A stretch of 64,000 bases of DNA from a virus (IMGVR_UViG_3300033463_000003); one strand, 5' to 3'; counted from the first letter of the stretch, positions 34,640-46,037 are shown. Numbers and translations: made by a program. Notes: generated by a model from the sequence alone, not told the origin.

Positions 34640-34915
34640 ATGAATCTTACAAAAGTTAATGGTTGTTATTCTAAAGAACTAAGAGAAGCAACAACTGATA
34701 TTAAATTATTATTAAAAGAAAGAACAGTCGACGTTGAGACAATGAGAGAGTTTGTTAATACTATCATTGAGCCGGCATTTATAGAAGCAAAAGCCAAAGC
34801 AAGATTTAAAGAAAATCTAAATGCCTGTCAAACAAAAGAAGAGATTGATAATCTTTGTTATATGGCAGTCATTCATGGAATGTATTATACTCCACATAAA
34901 AAAGTTAATTGTTAA
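34640..34915 (+). CDS. Early hypothetical protein
   Basis: Promoter and RBS GAGGT. Confidence 0.7.
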   Translation: MNLTKVNGCYSKELREATTDIKLLLKERTVDVETMREFVNTIIEPAFIEAKAKARFKENLNACQTKEEIDNLCYMAVIHGMYYTPHKKVNC

Positions 34916-35483
34916 TGTTCCATATAGTTTCTCTTTTTGCGGGAAGTCGAAGAACTAAAAACTCTTCGGCTTTTTCTTTTGTCCAATTAGAAGTCGAGCT
35001 TCTCGTTTGTGATCAGCGCGTGAGAATCTAAGAAGCTAATTAGTGGTTTTAGTTTAAGCTGTACAATCTGATACTGTACGTGGATCGAAATTCTGCCTCG
35101 CGACTAATTAGTATGTAGAAGTAAAAGACAGATACTATATATGTAGCAGATCGAAGTTGGATAATATATAGATAAATTTAGTAATATATATGTTTACATG
35201 CATGTAAGTTATAGCATAAAAGTAGCTAAATGTAAAGAGTAATATTGGTATATAGATAGTATATATGGGTCTAGATATAGTATATATTAGGCTAGATCAT
35301 AGCTATTTTGGGCTATAAAAAAGGCACTAAAAAAGCCCATAATCTGGCGTAGGGGCGGGGCTAATTTTGGCACCCTTAGCGTTTGTCCTAGAGAGCAATA
35401 TTTTTTCGTACGTACGCGCGCACACGCCTATACGCATAAAAAGAAGAGCAGCAAAATGAGCTGCAAAAAATTATTGTCTTTAC

Positions 35484-35494
35484 TGTATAATATA
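35484..35494 (+). promoter_or_regulatory. Extended -10-only promoter TGTATAATAT (representative; putative middle class)
   Basis: Copies lacking TTTACA at about 10360, 15429, 26071, 37610, 42309, 43923, 46930, 49910, 52478, 56453, 58430, 62573. Confidence 0.6.
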
Positions 35495-35509
35495 TAAGAG
35501 GTTTAAAGT

Positions 35510-37084
35510 ATGAAAAAATTTGGTGTTAATTGTACTACTGGACTACATAAAGATGATATTTTTAAATATGATGACCAATGGTACCGTATTGTAAGAGTAA
35601 GTGCAAAAGAAAAATCAGTTACTTGTGTTAAAATTAAAGAGCCTACTGATATAGTAAAAGACTAAGGTGGAATAGCTATAATGAAAAAGAAAAATAGTAA
35701 ATTAAAATTAACTTTAAAAGACTTATCAAACAAAGAAAAAGTTATTGCCTACTTAGATGAACATTATACTAAAGGAGATATTTTTGAAATTCTTTGTGAT
35801 GCAGAATTAGTTATTGACTGTGAAATTCCATGGAGAACTACAAAAATGGAATTAATTGAACCATACTGGGAAGAATTAGCAGATATACTTATTGTGAGTA
35901 ATGGTGAGGTAAATTTAGATGAGTAAAGACAGAGAAGCTTTTTATAGAATATGCCAACGCTGTACTAGTAATCCTTTTGACGAAGAATACTATACTATTA
36001 CTGATGATATGCCAGAAGAAGTAGAGATAGTTGAACAAGCACTTATTAAAGCAGAAATAGAACATAAAGCCCTTGAAATAATTAATGACAAAGAAGTTAA
36101 TATGTATATGCTTAAATGGTATTTTAAGTATTCTAGTTATGAACAATATGTTAAAGATTTTAATAACCCAGACTATGATGACCCTACTTTAGGTGAAGAG
36201 CTATTAACTGAAGAAGAATATAATTTATTAAAGGAGATTTTCTAATTATGCCACATTATTGCTTTAAACAACCAAATAACAAATATACAGTTTGGTCCAC
36301 TATTGTAGATGCTCCTATCTTAGTTAATGCTTCTAAGAGTTATGTCTGGAAGTATGAAAATATTAGAGATGAACTTGAGTGGAGAAACTGGGTTAAAGAA
36401 AGTTTAGATATTGCTCTTGATGAAGGCGACATAGAATGTTGCTTATATAATGGTAATATGAGTAAAGAAGAACTACTTAAATATTTTAAAGAAATTAAAT
36501 ACTCAGGTCCTTTATATACATATGCTAAAGACTGGGTTAGAGAAGAAGAGGAAGAATAATTATGTCATTTGATCAATTTATTTTTACTTGCATACTAAGG
36601 TTAGTAAAACAATCAAGAAAACTTACAGAAGATAAACTTTATTTTCAATATACTTATTATCCGGATTTACCATTATCTGGGAGTAGCTATAAGTGTCAAG
36701 TAAAGGGAACTAAGATTAAAATATATATTACACCTAATGAAGAAGTTTGTCAATATTATAATAAAGATGACCGCTTTATAAATCTTGGGTCTCTTAGTGA
36801 ATGTTTAAATAAGTTTGTTGAGGAGCTTTAATATGATAGAATATACATTAGATTCATTAGTTCACTTATATGATAGTTTAAATAATCAAATTGAAATACT
36901 TAGAAATGATTTAAGTGAATTTAATAAAATTGGTACTAGCCAAAATCTTACTGATGAATATAGAGCTGAAATAGAAGAAGCTCGTAAAAGAATTGAGAAA
37001 AGATTTGAAAAGCTTACTGATATGAGAGATGCAACTGAAAGACTACTTCATACTCTCTTAAATGAGGAGCTTAAAGGACTTTAA
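35510..37084 (+). other. Operon of six small hypothetical genes (35510-35665, 35681-35926, 35919-36245, 36248-36559, 36562-36831, 36833-37084)
   Basis: Tightly coupled ORFs with RBSs. Confidence 0.7.
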
Positions 37085-37087
37085 TAT

Positions 37088-37603
37088 ATGCCAACTAAAT
37101 TATTTACTAATGCCCTTGAGGCAGGCGCAGATCTAAGTTGTTTTCATGCTCCTGATAGAAAGTGGAAGAACTATTACTTTGAAGATAAAGAGCAAGATTT
37201 ATTATTCTTAGTTCCTACATTTCTTTTTTATGGAATTATAGTTGTTAATTTATCTTGGGCGAGACAAGCAACCTTCACAACTAAAGATGGGGCTATTCAT
37301 AAATTTAAAGATTATGCTTGGAATATGTCTTCTAATATAAGAAAGTCTAGCTATCCTAAAGCTGCTGTTATAGATAGAACTGCAAAATGTGGTAGAAAAA
37401 CTATCTTGCTTGACTTACTTGTCTTAAACCGTCTGTATCAAGAAACTAGCGATGGTGATAGATTTGCCGCTAATCATCTTAATGGCAATAAGCTTGACTG
37501 TAGACTTTGTAATTTATCTTATGGCATATTAAAAGAAAATAATGATAGTAGATATTCTAAAAAAGTCCCAGAAGTTAAGTATCCTTGTAAAATCTGGTGG
37601 TAG
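37088..37603 (+). CDS. HNH-endonuclease-like protein
   Basis: NHLNGNKLDCRLCNL resembles HNH_3 core. Confidence 0.55.
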   Translation: MPTKLFTNALEAGADLSCFHAPDRKWKNYYFEDKEQDLLFLVPTFLFYGIIVVNLSWARQATFTTKDGAIHKFKDYAWNMSSNIRKSSYPKAAVIDRTAKCGRKTILLDLLVLNRLYQETSDGDRFAANHLNGNKLDCRLCNLSYGILKENNDSRYSKKVPEVKYPCKIWW

Positions 37604-37634
37604 ATTTACTGTATAATATAATAAGGAGATTTAT

Positions 37635-38009
37635 ATGAGAGACGAAAATAGAATTGATATTGTTTTAAGTGAAATAGGAAAAATTTGGCACAAGTTTCCA
37701 GACTTAAGACTTGGCCAACTTATCGGAAATGTCCTTGAAGGACCTAATCTTTATTATGTTGAAGATGATGGACTTGTTAATGCTCTTAGAGATATGTATA
37801 ATGGTGAGCATGAGCCTATTAGTTTTGATGATGATATGTATATCTTAGATTTAATTAAAGAGAACCCTGAAGAATTAGGTTTCGTACTTAGCTCTAAGAA
37901 TTATGAAGAATACTTAAAGACTTATGAAACAGTAGGTGGGACAGATAAACCTGCTCTTACTGAGTTTGTATTTGAAGCTCTTAAAAATTATTTTGGCGGT
38001 GAAGAATAA
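37635..38009 (+). CDS. Hypothetical phage protein
   Basis: MRD.NRI...W...PDLRLGQL; RBS AAGGAG. Confidence 0.75.
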   Translation: MRDENRIDIVLSEIGKIWHKFPDLRLGQLIGNVLEGPNLYYVEDDGLVNALRDMYNGEHEPISFDDDMYILDLIKENPEELGFVLSSKNYEEYLKTYETVGGTDKPALTEFVFEALKNYFGGEE

Positions 38010-38010
38010 T

Positions 38011-38262
38011 ATGAAGGTTACAAAAGCTGAATTAGAAGGCGTTTTACTTACTGCTGATATAAATCTAAGAGCAACAAATACTCCTAAACCTTATAAACTT
38101 CATCTTATTAAAGAGTTTTATGAGTCTGTAAGTAAAGATTATTGGATTGATTATAAGAAAAATCATCCAAATGTTTATATTTATTTCCAAGATGATAAAG
38201 CTATCTATCAGCTAGATAACACAGGTGAACTCATAAAAGAAACAGTTTTCTGGGAGGACTAA
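38011..38262 (+). CDS. Hypothetical protein
   Basis: Operonic; start corrected. Confidence 0.65.
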   Translation: MKVTKAELEGVLLTADINLRATNTPKPYKLHLIKEFYESVSKDYWIDYKKNHPNVYIYFQDDKAIYQLDNTGELIKETVFWED

Positions 38263-38265
38263 TAT

Positions 38266-38646
38266 ATGACAGAACAAGAAATTAGAAAACAAGTTAAACA
38301 AAGATTTAGAAAAATGCATTTCCAAAACTTTTTGGATGGATTAAAAAATGTAGGTCTATTTCTTTTATTTATGTTAATTGTAGGAGTTATCTGTGCACCA
38401 TTTATAATTCATACCATGGGCATACCTCTACCAGCAAGCTCTGCAAGACTTAATCTAAGTCACGGCTGGATGATTGCGACAGGCATTCTTGCTATTCCAT
38501 TCTCTATAATGATGGTTGGTGGATTTATTGGATTTTTTATTGTCGTGCCTATTATGAGTATCAGAGATAAAATAAAAGAGCGTAAAGAAAGCTTTGAATA
38601 TGCAGTTGAGCGAGAAATAGAGTGACAAAAAAGAGAAAATAAATAA
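38266..38646 (+). CDS. Two-TM membrane protein (TGA 38623 read through)
   Basis: Two hydrophobic segments; TAA then terminator. Confidence 0.65.
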
Positions 38647-38683
38647 GAAGCTTACGGGCTTCTTTTTTTGCTAAATTATTGTG

Positions 38684-40177
38684 ATGAATACATTTGATAG
38701 GGCTTGACAAAATTTAAATGAAAAATTTGGCGATAATCCAATACCAGAAAAGATTTTTATTTCTTTATGGGAAGTTTTAAATAAACTTAATACTGGCTGG
38801 AAATGGCTGATTGATAGAGATAGTATTCGTAAAAATGGAACTAGTACATTAGATTATACTATTACTTTAGATAAGAAAACTTATGATGCAGATAAGCATA
38901 GTTGGAAGTGCTATTTTATTTGTACTACAGATGATTTTGATTTTGAGTCCGATTTTTTTACTGATAACCCACAGCCAGTTCAAACTCCGGGGCTAAATGC
39001 TACTGAAGAATATGAATTTGCTAGAGGAGGGTCGGCCATCTATAAAAAGCTTACAGATTTATTCTACGACAGACCAACCAGCAAAGAAATTACTAGTAAA
39101 ACTCGACAATTTCTTGCGACTGACCCATCAATAGACCCGCTTCTTATTGCTTCATCTCATCTGGCGACTTTTCAATTTATGTTTTTAGATGTCCCAAAAG
39201 CTTATAAAGATAAAGATACTGGAGAATATAAAATAGTTCCTGGTACAAAATTAATAATTCGTGCCGATATTGAGTGGATTTATTTTGATAATTTTAGAAC
39301 CTCTCATAAACAAAAATTTAATGAATTTACTTGTAGATTAGTTGATAAGCTTAATACTGGCGCCACTGGTCATTTAGTTCTTCAAGACCCAAGTAACTAC
39401 CTTATTGGCTTAAGAACTCGCATGCAAGATGCTTTAAATGGTTCTGGGTTAGCTAATAAGTATAGACCAGAAGATATTTATATTGATAGCCCAATTGAAC
39501 TAGATATAGATAAAGTAAGAGATTGGGTGCGAGACCATCTGACTCTCGGGTATAGACCAGCAGCTAAAGATAGAGACTTATTATCATTATTTATTGATAA
39601 AAGTATTCTTCAAAAAATGTATTATAAAAAAATTCCTGTTATTTATTTAGTATATTGGAAAGCTTATAGTAGAGTTGGTTATCCAGAGACTCAAGCTTGG
39701 GTAAGTTCTTCTCCAACAAGAGTTAAATATGAAATTCCTGAATGCTTAATTATAGGGTATACTAATATTTCAAACTTAGATGACATGTCTCTTGATAGAG
39801 CTCTTGGACTTGTGATGCTCAACCAAGTTACAACTAGTAAAGCTGACGAGGACGAAATACGAGATGAAATTATAAATTCTATAGAAAAAGTAGAGATTTA
39901 TATAATAAAAGATACTAAAGAAGAATTTTCTACTGATATTACAGTTGAATTTGCTTCATTTATAGAAAATTATAGAAATGAGAAAAATAGAGCTGTTCGT
40001 AGGCAGATGTATGAAAAGACGAAAAAGCAATTAGAAGGAGTTGCTTATGAGCTTCAAGTTAGAGATATAACTGGAGAGGGAACTTTTAAAGGAGTTGGCT
40101 TTGACGACCATCTACAGGCACTGCTAAATAATGATGTTAGAGTTATTAAATTTACTATAACTGATAATGATTTATAA
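38684..40177 (+). CDS. Late protein, 497 aa (TGA at codon 8)
   Basis: Frame open from ATG just after GCTAAATTA through track ORF 39179. Confidence 0.75.
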
Positions 40178-40250
40178 AGTTTAAAAAAGATTATCTATAT
40201 AATAGATAGTCTTTTTCATTTTACTTAAAATAATTGCTAAATTATATGAT

Positions 40251-40835
40251 ATGAAAATTATTGAAACAGAGTTTGATAAAATATATGAAGAGCTTAGTAA
40301 TTTAAATGAAGAAGTTTTTTCTGATGAAACTATTAAAAATTACTATCAAAATTGTAATAGGGCATTTAGTGAAAAAGTAATTAAAAACTTTATGTTATTT
40401 AAACAAAAGATTATAAAAGATTGAAACACTGAGTTTTTTACAAATAAAGCTACTTGAGATATGGCAACTTCAATGTATATAAAATTAGCCACAGAGTGAA
40501 ATAAATGATATAATACAGGTAAAATTACTGAATTAGAACTGGCAAAGACCAATATAAAAAGCTTATATGATCAATTAAGTAGCACTACTAATAAATTACA
40601 AAATAGCTCAGAAATAAATAAGCAATCAAAACAAACATTATTAGAACTTTGTAATATATTATCTAATTTGTATAAAAAATTAAATACTACTAATTATATA
40701 TTCTATACAAAGCCACAAAACTATTGTAAGATTACAACTGCTCAAGCTTTATTTGAAAATGAGCTTAAAACATTTTTAAAACCATTTATAGATAATTTAA
40801 CTATTTTTAATGATATATGTAAGAAAAATAGTTAA
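40251..40835 (+). CDS. Late protein, 194 aa, four TGA-Trp (absent from track)
   Basis: Hand-translated open frame after GCTAAATTA; MKIIETEFDK. Confidence 0.7.
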
Positions 40836-40863
40836 ATATATTATTTTGCTATATTATACAGAT

Positions 40864-41925
40864 ATGAAAAATTTAGTAGAGACAGAGTTTGATAGCTTTT
40901 ATGATGCAGCTACTAAAGCTAATTCTTTTATTAAACAACAGATAGCTATCCCAGGTAAAGAAGGCAAATTTTTGGCTGTACGAGATTTTATTCCACTACA
41001 AAAGCTTGATTTTACTGATCCAGTATTTACTAAAAATGGTATTTATATTTATCAAGGAAAAAAAGAAGATGGTACTTATGGTTACTATGTAGGTAAAGCA
41101 AAAAATTTAGGAAGACGCACAATAGAACACTTGCGTAGATATAATAGTTTAAAAGTTCCTGATTCACCAGCTCTTCATGCAGCTTTACGTAAGCATGGAC
41201 TAAATAATTTTAGTATAGCAATTCTTGAAACTGATATAGATGATTTAGATGCAGCTGAACAAAATTGAATTAGAGACTTAAATACTTATCTTGATAAAGA
41301 AGATTATAATTTAACAGCTGGTGGTGAAGGTGGCTATACACAAGAACCAAAGTTAACAGAAGAACTATTTAGAGAAATAGTAGAGCGCCTTGTAAATACT
41401 GATGAAGCTATGTCAGATATTGCTGCTTCTTATAAACAGATTGAAGACGGTAAAGTAGTATGGTCTCTTGGGGTAACAACTATTAAAAATATATGCTACG
41501 GTAATAATGATTTACCTGCATACCAACAGGAATTTAAGAAAACATTGTCTAGTGAATATACTTGGCCGCTTAGAACAAGAGAAGAAAGAGTCAATGCAGG
41601 CAAAAAAGCAACAAAAGAAAAATCTCTTAGCAAATTTGTTGGATTTTTACCTGAAGACGAAGATTTAACGACTCCAATAAAAGTTGTTTATGGAACAAAT
41701 GATATTGCCAGGTTAGAAGAGCCAGATATATTTAATGCTTTATCTTCAGATAGGCAAGAAAAATATGGCTATAGAAAAATTGGTAAGTTTCTTAATGGCT
41801 ATAATACGGGTAAAAGCATAGTTTCTCCAAAAAAATCTTATCAACCAGCAGGTTATAAGTATAGATGAGCTAAATTTGATACTTTAACAGATGAAGTTAA
41901 ATCTAAAGTAGAACTACTAAAATAA
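40864..41925 (+). CDS. GIY-YIG endonuclease, 353 aa (TGA at 41266, 41866)
   Basis: GIY...YVGKA..L..R..EH, then EQN(W)I...YNLTAGGEG restored by TGA=Trp. Confidence 0.8.
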
Positions 41926-41956
41926 AAAATATAAAAATATAAGGAGAAAATAAATT

Positions 41957-42163
41957 ATGCCAAAAAATTGAAGAAGAGACCAAATTCAAGAAACATGAAC
42001 TGAAGAGCAGTGAAATCAAATGTGTAAAGATGCCGAGTCAGGAAAGTCTACTGGTGAAATTGGTGATTGAAATGAGTTTTATAATACAGTAAAACATGCT
42101 GATGACCCAGATATTATTGAATGAAATAAAATATATAATGGTGAGATAGTCCCTAATGACTAA
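41957..42163 (+). CDS. 68-aa protein with five TGA-Trp (absent from track)
   Basis: RBS AAGGAG; open frame only under code 4. Confidence 0.65.
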
Positions 42164-42184
42164 CTTATTTAAGAGGTGACTAAA

Positions 42185-42274
42185 ATGGGGGAACCACTTT
42201 CAACCTTACTTGGGGTATTAGTTTTATTTATAGGAATAATAATCTATTGCATTGTTAAAAGAAGTATAAAATAA
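42185..42274 (+). CDS. 29-aa single-TM peptide
   Basis: RBS GAGGTG; hydrophobic core, basic tail; terminator follows. Confidence 0.5.
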   Translation: MGEPLSTLLGVLVLFIGIIIYCIVKRSIK

Positions 42275-42321
42275 AGGCCTTGAAAAAGGTCTTTTTTCTT
42301 GCTTTTATTGTATAATATATT

Positions 42322-42777
42322 ATGAAGAAAACATGTTTTAATTGTAGTCATTTTCATGGCTGTTTAGCTGAAGAAGACCCTTCTCAATATCATATCCATA
42401 ACTATTGCGATGTTTTTGAAAAGATCTTACCTTTTGATATGGATAGTGAAGTTAATCATTTTTTAGAAAGTTATTGGACAACAATGTGTAAGGCATCGAT
42501 TAACTGCGACTATGGAGTTAATGATGATTATGAAACAGGTGAAGCTTTTTGTTGGTTATTTAAAGAGGCAGATAAGCCATTTTGGCCCGACGAGAGGTTT
42601 AAAGAAAATAGAGAACATAATAAGGAATTAGCTATTAAAACTTTAGAATATATGTTTGAAAAAGACGAAGTCTGGGATGAATTTGATGAATATACTTGGC
42701 ACAAATTAGATGACTATTTTGATGATGAAGAGTTAGACTATCTAAGAGATTTATTAAAGAGATTAAAAAATGAGTAG
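42322..42777 (+). CDS. Cys-rich hypothetical protein
   Basis: CxxCxxxxxC; apparently leaderless. Confidence 0.7.
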   Translation: MKKTCFNCSHFHGCLAEEDPSQYHIHNYCDVFEKILPFDMDSEVNHFLESYWTTMCKASINCDYGVNDDYETGEAFCWLFKEADKPFWPDERFKENREHNKELAIKTLEYMFEKDEVWDEFDEYTWHKLDDYFDDEELDYLRDLLKRLKNE

Positions 42778-43804
42778 TAAATTAAATTTAGATTTAGCAA
42801 AGTTAAAAGCTGATGATGAATTCTATACTTCTTTTGCAGATATAGTAGCAGAACTTTCTCATTGGACTGATAAATTAAGAGGCAAGAAAATTATTTGCCC
42901 CTGTGATTTTAAGCCAACAGTAAATGTTTCTTCTATTACAATAAAATTTAATCCTAATAGATTTTTTATAAATTCAGTCAAAAGAAAAACTGCAGAATAT
43001 TATAGTTTATTTGAAGACTTTGATAATTCAGCAGGTATTGAAATTTCTGAAAGCCAATTAAGAGAAATTTTAGCTAATCAAGAAGTTGTAAACTTTGTTA
43101 ACTACTTGTGGGCCATTGGGAAAGAAGCAGGAATTAAATCTATTACTGCTTCTGGTTATGACATTTCTACTGGTCGAGGAGTTAGTTTTGATGAAGTAGA
43201 CTTTAGTAAATATGATATTTGTATTACTAACCCACCATTTTCTCTTTATAGTTCATTTATGGAATGTATTGGTGATATTGATAAAATTATTATTGCCCCA
43301 TTTATGAATAGAGTCGCTCCTTGTGTTGCAATTCCTTTGATGGAAAGAAAAGCTTGGTTAGGCTACGGTAGGCATTTAGCAATGAACTTCAATAATCCAA
43401 CTGGTGGCAAGGGTAAGAAGGTTGCTATTGACTGGATTGTTTCTTGGCCTGATGCCCAAAATGAAATTGATAAACTGTCCCTTAAAACAGGTATTAAATG
43501 GGACAAATCATCATATAAAGAAATGCCTTATATGACAATGAAGGACGGAACAAAGCCACTTAAAATAAAATCTGTTGCTGATATCCCAGATAATTATGAG
43601 GGATATATGTTTACTTCAGTTGCAGTATTAGATAAATTAAGCTATAAAAAGTATGACTGGATTTGTACAGGTTGTAAGAGATACTTTAATAAAGAACATA
43701 AAGAGCTAAATCCATTTGCTCATCCAGTATCAAATGAGATGATTGGATATGGAACTGAGGACAGCTGTTTCCACGGAATATTATTTAAAAAGAGACCTAA
43801 ATAA
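42770..43804 (+). CDS. EcoRI-family adenine-specific DNA methyltransferase
   Basis: KADDEFYT, IICPCD, ITNPPFSL. Confidence 0.8.
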   Translation: MSSKLNLDLAKLKADDEFYTSFADIVAELSHWTDKLRGKKIICPCDFKPTVNVSSITIKFNPNRFFINSVKRKTAEYYSLFEDFDNSAGIEISESQLREILANQEVVNFVNYLWAIGKEAGIKSITASGYDISTGRGVSFDEVDFSKYDICITNPPFSLYSSFMECIGDIDKIIIAPFMNRVAPCVAIPLMERKAWLGYGRHLAMNFNNPTGGKGKKVAIDWIVSWPDAQNEIDKLSLKTGIKWDKSSYKEMPYMTMKDGTKPLKIKSVADIPDNYEGYMFTSVAVLDKLSYKKYDWICTGCKRYFNKEHKELNPFAHPVSNEMIGYGTEDSCFHGILFKKRPK

Positions 43805-43948
43805 AGGCCTCTTTTATTTTAATAAAATAGACGAAAATTTTAGCTAAATTTTTTAATGCTAAATTATGTGAGGGGATATATCCTCACCGGGGGCAATTAA
43901 AGAAAAATAATGTCATAAAAACTGTATAATATAGAAGGAGAAGCAATT

Positions 43949-44203
43949 ATGGAGCGAGACGTCATGTTAGCTGCGGCAAACAGTTCTATCCCAGGGTTAG
44001 AATTAGATGAAGCAGCCCAAAAAGAATTTATTAATGTAATTAGGAGCTCACAGAAGGGACATAGTTTGGATAGTAGACAGACTAATATGCTCTTTTTCTG
44101 GGTAAGACATCAAAATGCGCCAGAGTTTGCTTTTGTTCCTGAAAAATACAGAGCAGTTGCACCAGTGGGGGCTAAAAAGAAAACTGCCAAGAAAGGAAAA
44201 TAA
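43949..44203 (+). CDS. Hypothetical protein
   Basis: RBS AAGGAG. Confidence 0.7.
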   Translation: MERDVMLAAANSSIPGLELDEAAQKEFINVIRSSQKGHSLDSRQTNMLFFWVRHQNAPEFAFVPEKYRAVAPVGAKKKTAKKGK

Positions 44204-44205
44204 GG

Positions 44206-44448
44206 TTGGCAAGAAATTATGAAGAAGACCTTAGAGTTTCTATTGAGAAGCAAAATGAAATAATTAAAAGACAAGTTTTATTAGAAGTAATTAGACTTGC
44301 AGCTGAAAATGAAACTTATGAGGGATTTAGAAAAGCTTTATATGCTGAAGCTCTTGGCTGGATGAAAGAAGCTGAGGAGCAAGGCTGGGTAAAGCCAGAA
44401 ACAACTGAACAAGCTGAATCTAAGTTAGATGATGGTATATTGTTCTAA
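44206..44448 (+). CDS. Hypothetical protein
   Basis: TTG start, operonic. Confidence 0.65.
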   Translation: MARNYEEDLRVSIEKQNEIIKRQVLLEVIRLAAENETYEGFRKALYAEALGWMKEAEEQGWVKPETTEQAESKLDDGILF

Positions 44449-44520
44449 AGAGTCAGAATAATCTGACTTTTTTTATTACCTAATTTTTTGCTAAATTATA
44501 GTGATAATGAGGTAAAAATT

Positions 44521-44949
44521 ATGAAGATCAAGAAAGCATTAACATTCACAGAAGCTTGGGATAACCTTAATGGCGATGTTCTTAATGAAGATGTAGAAAC
44601 TCGTCATTATAGTGATTTAACTGATGCATTAAGATATGATAAAGACTATGCTAATATTAGAGATAATTCAAGTCTTTCTTTTAAAGATGTTTTATTAAAA
44701 TTACGCGATAATTATCTTAAAGCTGAAACTGAAGAAGACCAAGATGCCGCATTAGACCTCTTAACAAAGCGTTTAAAAAGTTTTTTAAATGGTAATCGTT
44801 GAAAAATTCTTCTTAAAAATATTGACAATTATGGTGGTTATACTATGGTATCTGGACAAGATTTTGCTTTAGATCTTTTAATTATGATTTTAGAGCCAGA
44901 TGTTAAAATTGAGCTTGCCTCAGTATTAGCTGCTGCTGATGATTTTTAA
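44521..44949 (+). CDS. Late protein, 142 aa (TGA at 44800)
   Basis: Late motif, RBS GAGGT; read-through ends 3 nt before next ATG. Confidence 0.7.
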
Positions 44950-44952
44950 TAT

Positions 44953-45807
44953 ATGAAATTTACTTTAAGCGAAGCCGTTTTAAAAGAAGATGATGCCGTT
45001 TTTGATATAGAAGAAGAGGCATCTTTTGGTAGAGGGCTTAGTGTCAGTAGTTCAGTTACTAAAACTTTAGAAAAAGAAATTGATAACTGAGAGATTACTG
45101 ATAAGACCGACGCTTTTAAGACTTGGATTAAACATATGGAGCAAGAAGTTATTAAAGAAAATTATCAAGTTACCTCTACTGATATTTTTGCTGTAGCAGA
45201 TGACTTTATTATAGAAGTTTTAGGCCTTGATTTACGTGGCCCAGAAATGCAATATGGTTTAGTTGGTTATGGCGTAGAAATGATGTTTGACAAGCCAATT
45301 GATAATACTTCAGGGGTTTTGCCTCCAATACCGTATTGAGATAATAGGGATAAGAAGTTAAAAAAACATATTGTTCATAAAACTATGGAACCAGCAATTT
45401 TAGTTGCTTGACATAGCCAATATGTTAGACAAATGGGGGCATTCCCAGTAGCACAGCTTTTATTAGACGGTGTTCCAGCTGATACTATTATAGGAGCCCT
45501 TAAACATGTTTGGTTTCTAGAAGAAAAGAGATCAGAGTTAGACCTTACAAAATTTTTAAGAAAAACATATTTAGATTATTTATATGCAAAAAATCATAAA
45601 GATTTTAATACAGTTAAAAAAATTAAAGAAAAACTAACAAAATTTTTAGATGATGTTAGTTGGGAGCTCATTTGTCGAGATGAGGGCAGTGATATAAAAA
45701 ATATCATTAATGGTAAAGGATTCAATGAAAGCTCACCTCTATTTGACTGGTTAGATAAACCAGGGTTTAGAATAGATAGCTTTAAAGTTACGGATTTGGA
45801 CCTTTAA
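44953..45807 (+). CDS. Late protein, 284 aa (three TGA-Trp)
   Basis: Joins track ORFs 45136 and 45433 in frame. Confidence 0.7.
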
Positions 45808-45809
45808 TT

Positions 45810-46037
45810 ATGATTAAATATACTTACGAAGACTATGATGAAGCTTATTGTAGCAACCAAGTAGAAAAATGTCAAGAAATTGGCAATATTTTATTAGAAA
45901 AGTTAAATACAAAAGAAGCAAAACAACTTATTAAAAGATTGAATTCAATAAATATAGAAGATAGTAGCGAGCAAGGAAGGAAAGACAGAGCTGAAATATT
46001 ACTTGATGTAAAAGTTTGGTTAATGATTAATGAATAA
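45810..46037 (+). CDS. Hypothetical protein
   Basis: Operonic. Confidence 0.65.
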   Translation: MIKYTYEDYDEAYCSNQVEKCQEIGNILLEKLNTKEAKQLIKRLNSINIEDSSEQGRKDRAEILLDVKVWLMINE

